A program made the translations under genes and the position numbers. A DNA stretch of 64,000 nt, from NCBI GenBank assembly GCA_050331095.1, contig JBHJHE010000022.1, positions 84,829 through 148,828 of the forward strand. Reading direction: 5' to 3'. Shown in pieces: positions 1-9,138 of the stretch. The stretch is from Parvularculaceae bacterium (GTDB lineage: Bacteria; Pseudomonadota; Alphaproteobacteria; Caulobacterales; Parvularculaceae). The notes beneath the pieces are model-generated. The model was not told the origin of the DNA. It saw nothing but the letters and a program-made list of their open reading frames with translations, and ran no database searches. The first letter of the stretch is position 1, and each line of letters starts with the position of its first letter.

Positions 1-518
1 ATCTCCATCGATTTACGCACGATGTCCGGCGCGCTGAGCGAGGTTTCCGCCAGAAGCGCGCGGGCGGCCGCCCGCGCGAACTCGCCGCCGGAGCCGATGG
101 CCGCGACGCCGCCTTCCGGCTCCAGGACGTCGCCGGCCCCGGTGACCGTAAGCGTCACGTCAGCGTCGGCGACGATCAGCATCGCTTCGAGCCGGCGCAA
201 GTAGCGGTCGGTGCGCCAGTCCTTGGCGAGTTCGACGGCGGCGCGGGTCAATTGCCCGCGCCGGCCCTCGAGCTTCGCCTCGAGCCGCTCGATGAGGGCG
301 AAGGCGTCGGCGGTGGCCCCGGCGAAACCGGCGATCACCTCGCCTGGGGCGCTCTTGTCGCCGGCGGGCGGCGCGAGGCGGCGCACCTTGCGGGCGTCGC
401 CTTTGACGATGGATTGTCCGAGCGTCACCTGGCCGTCGCCGCCCACCGCGACGACGCCGTCGCGGCGAACGGACAGAATGGTGGTGCCATGCAACTCTTG
501 GGGGGCGTTCGCCGGCAT
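1..518 (-). CDS. hslV: ATP-dependent protease subunit HslV (C-terminus cut by window edge)
   Basis: Absent from the ORF track because it runs off the window. My reverse-strand translation from ATG (complement of 516-518) gives [34 protein letters not shown]...[12 protein letters not shown]...[25 protein letters not shown]...AIGSGG. This is HslV with the alphaproteobacterial pro-segment ahead of the catalytic Thr (HGTTIL). Confidence 0.9.
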   Translation of the reverse strand, partial: MPANAPQELHGTTILSVRRDGVVAVGGDGQVTLGQSIVKGDARKVRRLAPPAGDKSAPGEVIAGFAGATADAFALIERLEAKLEGRRGQLTRAAVELAKDWRTDRYLRRLEAMLIVADADVTLTVTGAGDVLEPEGGVAAIGSGGEFARAAARALLAETSLSAPDIVRKSME

Positions 519-569
519 CGGGACGTTTCGTAACTTCAACGCTGCGACGCTTTTCTTTATACACGCTCG

Positions 570-1235
570 ATGGTTCAGCGACAGGCCGTCGGGGGCCGGG
601 CGCGCGTCGCGATCGTCGACGCCGGCTCAGGCAATCTGAGATCCGTTGAGAAAGCGCTTGCGCGCGCCGCCGACGAGGCGGGGTTCGCGGCGGACGTTTT
701 CGTCACCGACGATCCGGACGCCGTGGCGTCGGCGGACCGCATCGTCCTGCCGGGCGTCGGGGCCTTCCGCGCCTCCATGGACGGTTTGGGCGCACGGGAC
801 GGGCTCGCCGGCGCGTTGCATGAGGCGGTCCGGCGAAAAGCCCGGCCCTATCTCGGGATTTGCGTCGGCATGCAGATCATGGCGCGCCGCGGGCTGGAGT
901 TCGGCGAAGCGGCCGGCCTCGACTGGATCCCCGGCGACGTCGCGCCGATCGAGCCCGCGCCCGATCGCCGGGTGCCGCACATGGGCTGGAACACGGTCCG
1001 CTTTTCAGGCGCCGCGGGCCCGTTCGCCGCCAGCGCGCCCGCGGATTTCTACTTCGTTCACTCCTATTATTTCGCGACCGAAAACGCCTCCGATCTTGTT
1101 GGCGTTTGCGACTATGGCGGGTCGCTCGCTGCGGCCGTCGCGCGCGACAATCTCGCTGGCGTTCAATTCCATCCGGAAAAGAGCCAGGGGGCCGGGTTGC
1201 GGCTGCTGGCGGACTTTCTGAGGTGGTCGCCGTGA
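570..1235 (+). CDS. hisH: Imidazole glycerol phosphate synthase, glutamine amidotransferase subunit HisH
   Basis: ORF 570-1235. Motifs [29 protein letters not shown] (Cys), [23 protein letters not shown]. Its stop overlaps the hisA start (GTGA at 1232-1235). Confidence 0.95.
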   Translation: MVQRQAVGGRARVAIVDAGSGNLRSVEKALARAADEAGFAADVFVTDDPDAVASADRIVLPGVGAFRASMDGLGARDGLAGALHEAVRRKARPYLGICVGMQIMARRGLEFGEAAGLDWIPGDVAPIEPAPDRRVPHMGWNTVRFSGAAGPFAASAPADFYFVHSYYFATENASDLVGVCDYGGSLAAAVARDNLAGVQFHPEKSQGAGLRLLADFLRWSP

Positions 1236-1969
1236 CGACGCCGTTCGAGATCTATCCGGCGATCGACCTCAAGGGCGGGCGCTGCGTCCGCCTCCTGCAG
1301 GGCCGCATGGACGACGCCACGGTCTACAACGACGATCCGGCCGCTCAGGCGCGAGCCTTCTCGAACGCCGGTTTTTCGCGGCTTCACGTCGTCGACCTCG
1401 ACGGCGCGTTCTCCGGCGCGTCGGAGAACCGCGCCGCCGTTGACCGCATCCTCAAGGGCGGCGTTCCCGGCTGGCGCCAGCTCGGCGGCGGGGTTCGCGA
1501 CATGGCGGCGCTCGAAGGGTGGCTCGGGGCCGGGATCGATCGCGTGGTCCTCGGCACCGCCGCCGTACGCGACCCGGCGTTCGTGCGCGCCGCCGCCAGG
1601 GCGCATCCGGGCTGCGTCGCGGTCGGGATCGACGCGAAGGACGGCCGCGCCATGACGGACGGTTGGGCGGAAGACGGCGGCGTCGACGCCGTCGATCTCG
1701 CGCGACGGTTCGAAGACGCCGGCGTCGCCGCCCGGATCTACCCGGACAATTAGCGCGACGGCGCGCTTTCCGGCGTCAATGTCGAGGCGACGGCGGCTCT
1801 GGCGCGCGCCGTGGCGATTCCCGTCATCGCCTCGGGAGGCGTCGCCGGCGCCGACGACGTGCGCCGGCTCGCCGCCCGCGCCGAAGGGATCGCCGGCGTC
1901 GTCATCGGGCGCGCGCTCTACGACGGGCGCGTCAGCGCGGGCGCCGCCCTCGCGGCGGCCCGGTCGTGA
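1232..1969 (+). pseudogene. hisA: HisA (ProFAR isomerase) interrupted by an in-frame TAG at 1751-1753
   Basis: GTG 1232 follows the RBS gaggtgg. Translation reads [36 protein letters not shown]...HVVDLDGAF...[14 protein letters not shown]...[41 protein letters not shown]...GRALYDGR, ending at TGA 1967-1969. Both halves are HisA in the same reading frame. Confidence 0.85.
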
Positions 1970-3558
1970 GCGAGGTTCGCGCCTTGACGACCGCGTCGCC
2001 GAATGCGTCCGGCGCGGCGCGCCTGGTCTGCGCCGGGCCGCCGTCGGCGGCGGCGCGTTTCCGCGCGCAACTGGCCGCCGAACATGGCGACGCGCTCGAC
2101 TGGCGGCGCGAGACGATCACGCTCTATGACGCGCCCGACGGAGCGCTCGCCGCGGCGGGCTGCGCCGTCGAGCTGCGCGAGGCGGGCGAGAGCCGGCGCC
2201 TGACGGCCTGGCGCGACGCGGCCGGCGGGCCGTCGGGCGTTCATCATGGGGCGCTCGCGGCTAACGCGTCCGTGGACGTCGCGGCGTTCGCGGCGCGCGT
2301 CGACGACGCCGTCTTCGCCCGGGCGTTTGGGGCGACGGACGGGCGGTTGCGCCCGCGCGCGGTCGCCGCGGCCGACGTCTGGACGCGGATCGTCCGCCGC
2401 GGCCGATCCGTCGTGGCGGTGCGGCTGGAGCAGCCCCTCGACGAGCGCGGCGGCCTTGCGACGATCGCCTTCGACAGCGTCGACGGTCCGGCGGACGCGG
2501 CGTTCGATCTCGCGGCGGAGGCGGCGGCCCATGGCGGCCTGCGTCCGGCGGCGGACGGTTTGGTCGCTCGCCTCTTCGCCGCGCGGTCGGATGGGCCGCC
2601 GCGCGCCCGCATCGAGCGTGAGGACACGGCCGCCGACGCGCTGGCCCAGGGGCTCGCCGCGTCGGCGCGCCGCGTGATTGATCTCGCGCCCCTTCTCGCC
2701 GCGGCGCGCGACCCGGAGCGCGCGCGGCAAATGCGCGTCGCTCTGCGGCGCTTCCGCGCCTATGAGCGGGTGTTCCGAAAAGGGCTGCGTACGGATGGCT
2801 TGCGCGAGCTCGCGCGGACGGCCCAGGGCTTTGGCCGGCTCATCGGCGCCGCGCGGGACTGGGACGTGTTCATCGGCGACAGTCTGCCGCTCGTGGAAAG
2901 CCGCGCCAACTCGTCGCTCGGGGCCGCGCGCCTGCGGGCGCTGTGCGAAGCGCGCCGCGCCGACGCCTGGGACGAGGTCGTCGCAACGGTCGACGGCCCT
3001 GCTTTCGCGGCGTTTTCGCTTGCGCTTCTGCGTGCGGCGCGTCTGCAGGAGTGGCGGGCCGACGCTCGGGAGCGATTGACCCGCCCTTGCGCCGAGTTCG
3101 CGCCGGCCGCCCTCGACCGGCGGTTCGACGCGGCGCGCCTTGCCGGCGAGACGGCGATGGACGGGGACCCGCAGGCGCTCCACGACCTCCGTATCGAGAT
3201 CAAAAAGCTGCGCTACGCCATGCAGATTTTTCGCGACGTTCTAGACCGTAAGTCGCGCAAGGCGCTGAACGCCCGCCTCGCCGCGCTGCAGGACGCACTG
3301 GGCGCGGTGAACGACGCCGCGACGGCCGATGCGCTGGCGCGGGCGGCGGCGGCGCCGGCGGTCGCGGCTGAACGGGCCCCTGCGCTTGTCGGCCGGGCGC
3401 TCCTCGGCGCGGCGCGGGCGGCCGGGTTCGTTTCCGGCTATCGCGGCGCGGAGGCGGACCTCGCCGTTGCGGACGCGCTGCCGGCCTGGCGCGAGATCGC
3501 CGAAGAGCCGCCGTTCTGGCGCGCCGACGCGGGCGCCGATGCGCGGGCGGCCGAGTGA
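1966..3558 (+). CDS. CHAD domain protein with a CYTH-like N-terminal region
   Basis: Same frame as ORF 1519-3558, but the first ~149 aa of that ORF are an Arg-rich shadow of hisA. The plausible start is GTG 1966, overlapping the hisA TGA. The C-terminal half has CHAD-type helices ([31 protein letters not shown]). The N-terminal ~200 aa resemble CYTH strands ([22 protein letters not shown]), but I see no ExExK motif. Confidence 0.75.
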   Translation: MSEVRALTTASPNASGAARLVCAGPPSAAARFRAQLAAEHGDALDWRRETITLYDAPDGALAAAGCAVELREAGESRRLTAWRDAAGGPSGVHHGALAANASVDVAAFAARVDDAVFARAFGATDGRLRPRAVAAADVWTRIVRRGRSVVAVRLEQPLDERGGLATIAFDSVDGPADAAFDLAAEAAAHGGLRPAADGLVARLFAARSDGPPRARIEREDTAADALAQGLAASARRVIDLAPLLAAARDPERARQMRVALRRFRAYERVFRKGLRTDGLRELARTAQGFGRLIGAARDWDVFIGDSLPLVESRANSSLGAARLRALCEARRADAWDEVVATVDGPAFAAFSLALLRAARLQEWRADARERLTRPCAEFAPAALDRRFDAARLAGETAMDGDPQALHDLRIEIKKLRYAMQIFRDVLDRKSRKALNARLAALQDALGAVNDAATADALARAAAAPAVAAERAPALVGRALLGAARAAGFVSGYRGAEADLAVADALPAWREIAEEPPFWRADAGADARAAE

Positions 3559-3561
3559 GCG

Positions 3562-4323
3562 ATGCTTAAGACGCGGATCATCCCTTGCCTCGACGTGAAG
3601 GACGGGCGCGTCGTGAAAGGCGTTCAGTTCGTCAACCTGCGCGATGCGGGCGATCCGGCCGAGGCCGCGCTCGCTTACGACGCCGCGGGGGCGGACGAAA
3701 TTTGTTTTCTCGATATCTCCGCGAGCCACGAGGGCCGAGGCGTCCTCCTCGACAAGATCAGGCTCGTCGCCGAGCGCTGTTTCGTGCCGCTGACGGTGGG
3801 CGGCGGGGTGCGGTCGCCGGACGATTTCCGCCGTCTGCTCCAGGCGGGTGCGGATAAAGTGGCGATCAACACCGCCGCCGTGCGCGATCCTGGCCTCATC
3901 GACGCCGCCGCGGCGCGCTTCGGCGCCCAGTGCGTCGTCGTCGCCGTCGACGCACGTAGGACGGGGCCCGGCGCGTGGGAGATCTTCACCCATGGCGGGC
4001 GGGAGGCGACGGGTCGCGACGCCGTCGCCTTCGCGCGGGAGGCGGCGGGCCGCGGCGCCGGGGAGATCCTGTTGACGTCGATGGATCGCGACGGGGGCGG
4101 CGACGGCTACGATCTCGAGCTCACGCGCGCGGTCGTCGACGCGGTCCCGGTTCCGGTCATCGCGTCGGGGGGCGCCGGGGCGCTCGGCCATCTTGTCGAC
4201 GCGGTGAAGGGCGGGGGCGCAAGCGCCGTCCTTGCGGCGTCGATTTTTCACTTCGGTCAGTATACGCTCGCCGAAGCGCGCGACGCGCTGGCGGCCGCCG
4301 GGCTGCCCGTTCGCGCGATCTGA
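3562..4323 (+). CDS. hisF: Imidazole glycerol phosphate synthase cyclase subunit HisF
   Basis: [32 protein letters not shown]...FLDISAS...PLTVGGGV...VAVDAR...[14 protein letters not shown]...VIASGGAG...AASIFHFG. Confidence 0.97.
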   Translation: MLKTRIIPCLDVKDGRVVKGVQFVNLRDAGDPAEAALAYDAAGADEICFLDISASHEGRGVLLDKIRLVAERCFVPLTVGGGVRSPDDFRRLLQAGADKVAINTAAVRDPGLIDAAAARFGAQCVVVAVDARRTGPGAWEIFTHGGREATGRDAVAFAREAAGRGAGEILLTSMDRDGGGDGYDLELTRAVVDAVPVPVIASGGAGALGHLVDAVKGGGASAVLAASIFHFGQYTLAEARDALAAAGLPVRAI

Positions 4324-4679
4324 TGGGGAAGGCTTCACTCATGCAGGAGACGGAGAATACGCTCGGCGCGGCGCTCGATCGTCTCGCCGGCGCAATAGCG
4401 ACGCGGCGCGGCGCGCCCGCGGAAACGTCGTACACGGCGAAACTGCTCCAGGCCGGGCCCTCGCGATGCGCGAAAAAGCTTGGCGAAGAGGGCGTCGAGG
4501 CGGCGCTTGCGGTCGCGTCCGGCGGTGAGGAAGAAATCGCCGAAGAGGCGGCGGATCTCGTCTACCACCTTCTCGTCGCGCTCGCCTCGCGCGGCGTCAG
4601 TCCGAACGCCGTCGCGGCGGTTCTCGCCGGTCGCGAGGGCCGCTCCGGCCTTGAAGAGCAGGCCGCGCGGCGCGATTGA
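4323..4679 (+). CDS. hisE: Phosphoribosyl-ATP pyrophosphatase HisE
   Basis: ATG 4323 overlaps the hisF TGA (ATGA); an alternative ATG lies at 4341. Motifs SYTAKLL..GP.RCAKKLGEEGVEAALA and EEAADLVYHLLVAL. Confidence 0.9.
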   Translation: MGKASLMQETENTLGAALDRLAGAIATRRGAPAETSYTAKLLQAGPSRCAKKLGEEGVEAALAVASGGEEEIAEEAADLVYHLLVALASRGVSPNAVAAVLAGREGRSGLEEQAARRD

Positions 4680-4731
4680 CCGCCCAACTGATCGGTGTAG
4701 GGATCGCAACGGTCGGCGGGACGCTGCGCCC

Positions 4732-4838
4732 CTCGAGCATAACGTTTTCTGATTGAATCAGTCGGATGCTCTAGATTCTAGGGTTTGAGCGCCTGAAACG
4801 GTCTTCGCCCGATCCAAGCTGAACACCCGGCGCTCTAG
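4732..4838 (+). repeat. 107-bp two-hairpin CTAG-ended repeat unit (MITE/REP-like), copy A
   Basis: Near-identical to 46864-46970. Internal inverted repeats are ct(c/a)gagcat..cg / cggatgctctag and gagcgcc / ggcgctc. The right end ...gcgctCTAg overlaps the stop of the minus-strand gene at 4835. Confidence 0.8.
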
Positions 4839-5431
4839 ATTTCCTCGGCCTTGTCTTCGAGCTCGTCGAGGAGCTGGCGGCCTTCATTGGCGTTGTCGCC
4901 GCCGCCGAACGAGAAAACGCCCGAATTGTAACTGCCGCCATAGCTGTTGACGAGGTTCACGACCTGGCCGAGCCCGGAGACGAACTCCTCGCTCGACAGG
5001 GTCGAGAGCGGATGAATGAACGTCGACCAGACGATGCCGCTGGCGACGCCATAGCGCGCGTCGAGGGCGCTTTCGAAGTTCGCCTGCATGAGGCGCATCA
5101 GTTCGTCAGCGCCGACCTCGGCGACGTTCGCCGCCGGCGACATCAGCCGCATGCGGTTCGCGTTGACGTCGTGCACGAACAATACCGGCGTTCCCGACAC
5201 CGTGAACGACGCGCCGGTTTCGGTGAAGGCGGCGGCCGGGTCGACCCGGGCGACGATGCTTCGAAGGCGCTCCGCGGCGTCGAAGATCTCATCCGCGACG
5301 TCGGGCGAAGGATCGCCGGGGGCCGGGTCTACGGGGGCCGGGTCTACGGGGGATTGGCCCGGCGGCTGGGCCGAGGCGCTGGCGACGAGCGTCGCCGTTG
5401 CGGCGACGGCGAGGACAAGGCGTTGGGTCAT
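4835..5431 (-). CDS. Secreted hypothetical protein (possible YbjN/CesT-like fold)
   Basis: ORF 4835-5458. The likely start is the internal ATG at 5431, which gives the signal peptide MTQRLVLAVAATATLVASASA. There is a Pro-rich linker with a duplicated VDPAP. The C-terminal part (LMRLMQANFESALDARYGVASGIVWSTFIHPL) only loosely recalls chaperone-like folds. Confidence 0.55.
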   Translation of the reverse strand: MTQRLVLAVAATATLVASASAQPPGQSPVDPAPVDPAPGDPSPDVADEIFDAAERLRSIVARVDPAAAFTETGASFTVSGTPVLFVHDVNANRMRLMSPAANVAEVGADELMRLMQANFESALDARYGVASGIVWSTFIHPLSTLSSEEFVSGLGQVVNLVNSYGGSYNSGVFSFGGGDNANEGRQLLDELEDKAEEI

Positions 5432-5507
5432 GAAGCGGCTCCTTCCGCTCCATGACATACGACAGGCGGGCCGCCCGCGGAGGGGCGATCCGCGAAACGT
5501 GAAGCGA

Positions 5508-8261
5508 TTAGAGCTCCCGCTTCACGCTCTCGACGGCGAAGCACTCGATGACGTCGCCGACCTTGAGGTCGTCATAGTTCGCGAAGCTCATGCCGCACTC
5601 CTGGCCCGTCGGCACTTCCTGCACGTCGTCCTTGAAGCGCTTCAGCTGCGAGAGCTCGCCCTCGTGGATCACCGTGTCGTCGCGGATCAGGCGCACCTTC
5701 GCCCCGCGGCGCACGAGCCCCTCCGTGACGCGGCAGCCGGCGACCCTGCCGATCTTGGTGATGTTGAAGACCTCGAGGATCTCCGCGTTGCCGAGGAACG
5801 TCTCGCGCAGCTCAGGGTCGAGCATGCCCGACAGCGCGCCCTTGATGTCGTCAAGGAGGTCGTAGATCACCGAATAGTAGCGGATCTCGACCTTCTCGGT
5901 CTCGGCCTGCTCGCGCGCCTGCTTATTGGCGCGCACGTTGAAGCCGATGACCGGCGCGCCGGAGGCGCCGGCGAGAATGACGTCGCTTTCGGAGACGCCG
6001 CCGACGCCGGTGTGCAAAACGCGCACGCGCACTTCGTCCGTCGACATCTTTTCGAGCGAGCCGACGATCGCTTCGACCGATCCCTGAACGTCGCCCTTGA
6101 TCACGACCGGGAGCTCTTTGATCTCCGCGTCCTGGAGCTGCGCCATCATCTGCTCGAGCGAGGTGCCCGACGACTTGGCGTTGGCTTTTTCGCGCTTCTG
6201 GCGCTGGCGGAACTCCGCGACCTCGCGCGCGCGCGCCTCGCTCTCGACGACGGCGAACATATCGCCGGGCTCGGGCACGCCGTTAAGGCCGAGGACCTCG
6301 GCCGGGAAGGCCGGTCCGACGGACTTCAGTTGCGAGCCCTTGTCGTCGGCGAGGGCGCGCACCTTGCCCCACTCGGCGCCGACGACGACGATGTCGCCGC
6401 GTTTCAGCGAGCCGCGTTCGACGAGCAGCGTCGCCACCGGGCCGCGGCCCTTGGCGAGGCGCGCCTCGACTACGCTGCCTTCGGCGGCGCGGTCGGGATT
6501 GGCCTTCAACTCCAAAAGCTCCGCCTGGAGAAGGATCGCCTCCAGAAGCCCGTCGAGGTTCGTCTTCTGAAGGGCTGAGACCTCGACGTCTTGGATCTCG
6601 CCGCCCATGCTCTCGACCTGCAGCTCATGCTGCAGAAGGTCCGTACGCACCTTGTTGGCGTCGGCGTTCGGTTTGTCGATCTTGTTGATGGCGACGATGA
6701 TCGGCACGTCCGCCGCGCGGGCGTGGCTGATCGCCTCGACCGTCTGGGGCATGATCGAATCGTCCGCCGCCACCACGAGGATGACGATGTCCGTGACGTT
6801 CGCCCCGCGCGCGCGCATCTGCGTGAAAGCGGCGTGGCCCGGCGTGTCGAGGAACGTCACTTTGCGCGCCTCGCCGTCGGCGTTCGACGCCGTCACCTGA
6901 TAGGCGCCGATGTGCTGCGTGATGCCGCCGGCCTCGCCCGCCACGACGTCGGTCTGGCGCAACGCGTCGAGGAGAGACGTCTTCCCGTGGTCCACGTGGC
7001 CCATGATGGTGCCGACCGGCGGGCGGGGCGCCAGGTCGCCGTCGTCGTCCGCGTCGCCGAAAAGGCCTTCCTCGACGTCGGCTTCGGACACGCGCTTGAC
7101 CTGGTGGCCGAAGTCCGTGGCGACAAGCTCCGCGGTGTCGGCGTCGAGCGTCGCGTTCGCGGTGACCATCTGACCCTGCTTCATCAGCTCACGAACGAGC
7201 TCGATGGCGCGCATCGACATGCGCTGGGCGAGCTCCTGGACGGTGATGGTGTCGGGGATCACGACTTCGCGCGTCACGGGCTTGTTCGCTCCGCCGCGCT
7301 GTTGGCGGGCGAGCTTCTCGCGTTCGCGCGCCCGGCGGACGGAGGCGAGCGAGCGCTGGCGCTCCTCGTCCTCCTCAAGAGCCGAGGCGATCGTCAGTCG
7401 GCCGCTTCGACGCTTCGGCGCGTCTTTCGACTTCGCGTCGCGGTCGCCGCCGCGGTCGGCGCGGCGGGTCTTCAGCCGGCCGCCAAGTTGGGCGAGCGGG
7501 TTGTCGCCCTCCGGCGTTTTCTGCTGCTCGCCCGCGCCGTCGGGTTTCTTCGCGGTTTTACCCTGCTTCGCGGCGTTGCGGCGGCGGCGCTCTTCGTCCT
7601 CGGCTTCGAGGGCGGCGCGCGCCTCTTCTTCTTTGAGCCGACGCTCCTCGGCTTCTTTTTCGCGACGCTTCTCTTCTTCGGCGAGCCGCGCGCGTTCTTC
7701 TTCAAGCTTAGCGCGCTCTGTCGCTTCGCGGGTCTCGCGATCGGCGCGTTCGGCCTCTTCCTGCTTGCGGCGCGCCTCGCTGTCCTGGCGGGCCTTCATC
7801 AGCGCCTTGGCGCGCGCCTCGCGCTCCTGTTCGGAAAGGCTGCGCAGTACGGCGGGCTTCTTGCCGCGCGCATCGCCGCGCGCGGTTTGCCCGCGTGCGT
7901 CGTCGGTTCGCGCGGCCTCGCCGCGCGCCGCCGGCTGGCTGGCGGATTTCTGCGCTGGCTTGGTCGACGTTCGCTGTGTTGGTCGTGCGGTCTCGTCGGC
8001 GCCGCGCGCCTTCGGCGCATCGGCCGGCGCCGCGGCCTCGCGCGGTTCGCTCGGCCGTTTGGCGGCGGCGTCGGTCTTCTCGCCTTTCTTGACCGTCAGA
8101 ACGCGGCGCTTCTTCGTCTCGACGACGACCGTCTTCGATCGCCCGTGCGAAAAGCTCTGCTTGACCGCGCCCTTCTCCGTGCGCCGCAGGGAGAGCGGCC
8201 GGCGGCCGCCGCGCGCGCCGCCTTCGTCCAAGTCCTGTTTCGTGTCGACTTCGTCGCTCAT
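5508..8261 (-). CDS. infB: Translation initiation factor IF-2
   Basis: [17 protein letters not shown] and NKID G-domain motifs, with a Lys/Glu/Arg-rich N-terminal region. ATG at 8261 has GGAG 5 nt upstream; the ORF track starts at the TTG one codon earlier (8264). Confidence 0.97.
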   Translation of the reverse strand: MSDEVDTKQDLDEGGARGGRRPLSLRRTEKGAVKQSFSHGRSKTVVVETKKRRVLTVKKGEKTDAAAKRPSEPREAAAPADAPKARGADETARPTQRTSTKPAQKSASQPAARGEAARTDDARGQTARGDARGKKPAVLRSLSEQEREARAKALMKARQDSEARRKQEEAERADRETREATERAKLEEERARLAEEEKRREKEAEERRLKEEEARAALEAEDEERRRRNAAKQGKTAKKPDGAGEQQKTPEGDNPLAQLGGRLKTRRADRGGDRDAKSKDAPKRRSGRLTIASALEEDEERQRSLASVRRAREREKLARQQRGGANKPVTREVVIPDTITVQELAQRMSMRAIELVRELMKQGQMVTANATLDADTAELVATDFGHQVKRVSEADVEEGLFGDADDDGDLAPRPPVGTIMGHVDHGKTSLLDALRQTDVVAGEAGGITQHIGAYQVTASNADGEARKVTFLDTPGHAAFTQMRARGANVTDIVILVVAADDSIMPQTVEAISHARAADVPIIVAINKIDKPNADANKVRTDLLQHELQVESMGGEIQDVEVSALQKTNLDGLLEAILLQAELLELKANPDRAAEGSVVEARLAKGRGPVATLLVERGSLKRGDIVVVGAEWGKVRALADDKGSQLKSVGPAFPAEVLGLNGVPEPGDMFAVVESEARAREVAEFRQRQKREKANAKSSGTSLEQMMAQLQDAEIKELPVVIKGDVQGSVEAIVGSLEKMSTDEVRVRVLHTGVGGVSESDVILAGASGAPVIGFNVRANKQAREQAETEKVEIRYYSVIYDLLDDIKGALSGMLDPELRETFLGNAEILEVFNITKIGRVAGCRVTEGLVRRGAKVRLIRDDTVIHEGELSQLKRFKDDVQEVPTGQECGMSFANYDDLKVGDVIECFAVESVKREL

Positions 8262-8397
8262 CAAGTCTCCAATATCGCCGAGCTCGGAACCGTCTCCGGC
8301 AAGTCCAAGGCGGCCGTAAGCTCAGCGGATCTTTCGGGACGATCGCGCGCCCTTAACGCGCGCTTTCGCCACTGCGAAAGCCGGCTTGGCATAACGC

Positions 8398-9138
8398 TCA
8401 AACCGGCGATGGTCCACCATTTCGCCCGCCGCCATCGTCGCGCGAAACGACGTCAGGCGCGTCTTGCCGGCAGGCCGGTTCGCCTGCGGACGACCCGGCG
8501 GGCGGTTCGGTCGTCGGTCGGAAACCGTTCAACCGACGCGCCTCGGCGATGATCCGCGTCGTCGCCGGCCCGCGGCGCACCGCGCAATGCCGCACCCCGT
8601 TTAGCCCGAGGGCGGCCGAAATCTGGCCGCCGTCGAACCCGATGACGCGCGTCGCGCCAGCCTCGCCGGCGGCGCGCGTCATTTTCGCGGCGCCGTCCGC
8701 GCCGGCCTCGCGCGCGGTGAACGCTGCGCCTACGGCTCCGCGCCTGAGCGACGCGAGACACGCGTCGATCCCGATCTCGACGTCGCCGGCCCGGCGGGCG
8801 AGGCCCAGAAGGTTCAGCGTTCGCGCCGCGATCAGCGCTTCCACATGGGCCGCGAAGGCCGCCGCGTCGAGTCCCTCCGGCAACTGCGTCGGCGCTTTAA
8901 ACGCCCGAGCGAACAGATTGCGCCGCGCCGCCGCCGCGACCGCCTCGCGGCTCGCGCTCACCCAGGCCCCTCGGCCCGGCAGTTTCTCCGCAAGATCCGG
9001 GGCGACGACGCCAGCCGGATCGCGAGCGAAACGAATAAGCGCGGCGGGGTCGCCGGTCGCGCGCTCGACGATGCAGGTCCGCTCGCGTTCTTTCTTCGCG
9101 CGGCCGGCGGGCCGGTTTTTCTCAATAAGATCAGTCAG
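8398..9138 (-). CDS. YlxR(DUF448)/L7Ae-type RNA-binding protein of the nusA-infB operon
   Basis: ERTCIVERATGDPAALIRF...LPGRGAWV (DUF448), followed by an L7Ae-like region (LLGLARRAGDVEIGIDA). The start is uncertain. There is no in-frame ATG/GTG/TTG between the nusA stop and the domain. CTG at 9138 (GGAG 6 nt upstream, overlapping the nusA end) or ATG at 9252 inside nusA are the options. Confidence 0.8.
   Translation of the reverse strand: MTDLIEKNRPAGRAKKERERTCIVERATGDPAALIRFARDPAGVVAPDLAEKLPGRGAWVSASREAVAAAARRNLFARAFKAPTQLPEGLDAAAFAAHVEALIAARTLNLLGLARRAGDVEIGIDACLASLRRGAVGAAFTAREAGADGAAKMTRAAGEAGATRVIGFDGGQISAALGLNGVRHCAVRRGPATTRIIAEARRLNGFRPTTEPPAGSSAGEPACRQDAPDVVSRDDGGGRNGGPSPV

Noticed and set aside
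1519-1965. N-terminal 149 aa of ORF 1519-3558 ([16 protein letters not shown]...), which would overlap hisA.
   Set aside because: It is an Arg-rich shadow of the hisA frame. A GTG at 1966 overlapping the hisA stop gives a sensible start for the CHAD protein.
5318-5347. Perfect 15-bp tandem duplication gggggccgggtctac x2.
   Set aside because: It lies inside a coding region and simply encodes a duplicated VDPAP in a Pro-rich linker. It is too short to count as a repeat feature.
6591-8552. Very long antisense ORFs: 6591-8552 and 5088-6578 opposite infB, 8549-10618 opposite nusA, 28093-30273 opposite MscS, 58384-60222 opposite DUF885, 14008-15435 and 16742-17872.
   Set aside because: They have Arg/Ala/Gly/Pro-rich low-complexity translations and no recognisable motifs. 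Each lies exactly opposite a gene with strong family signatures. This is the usual stop-poor shadow-frame effect of high-GC DNA.
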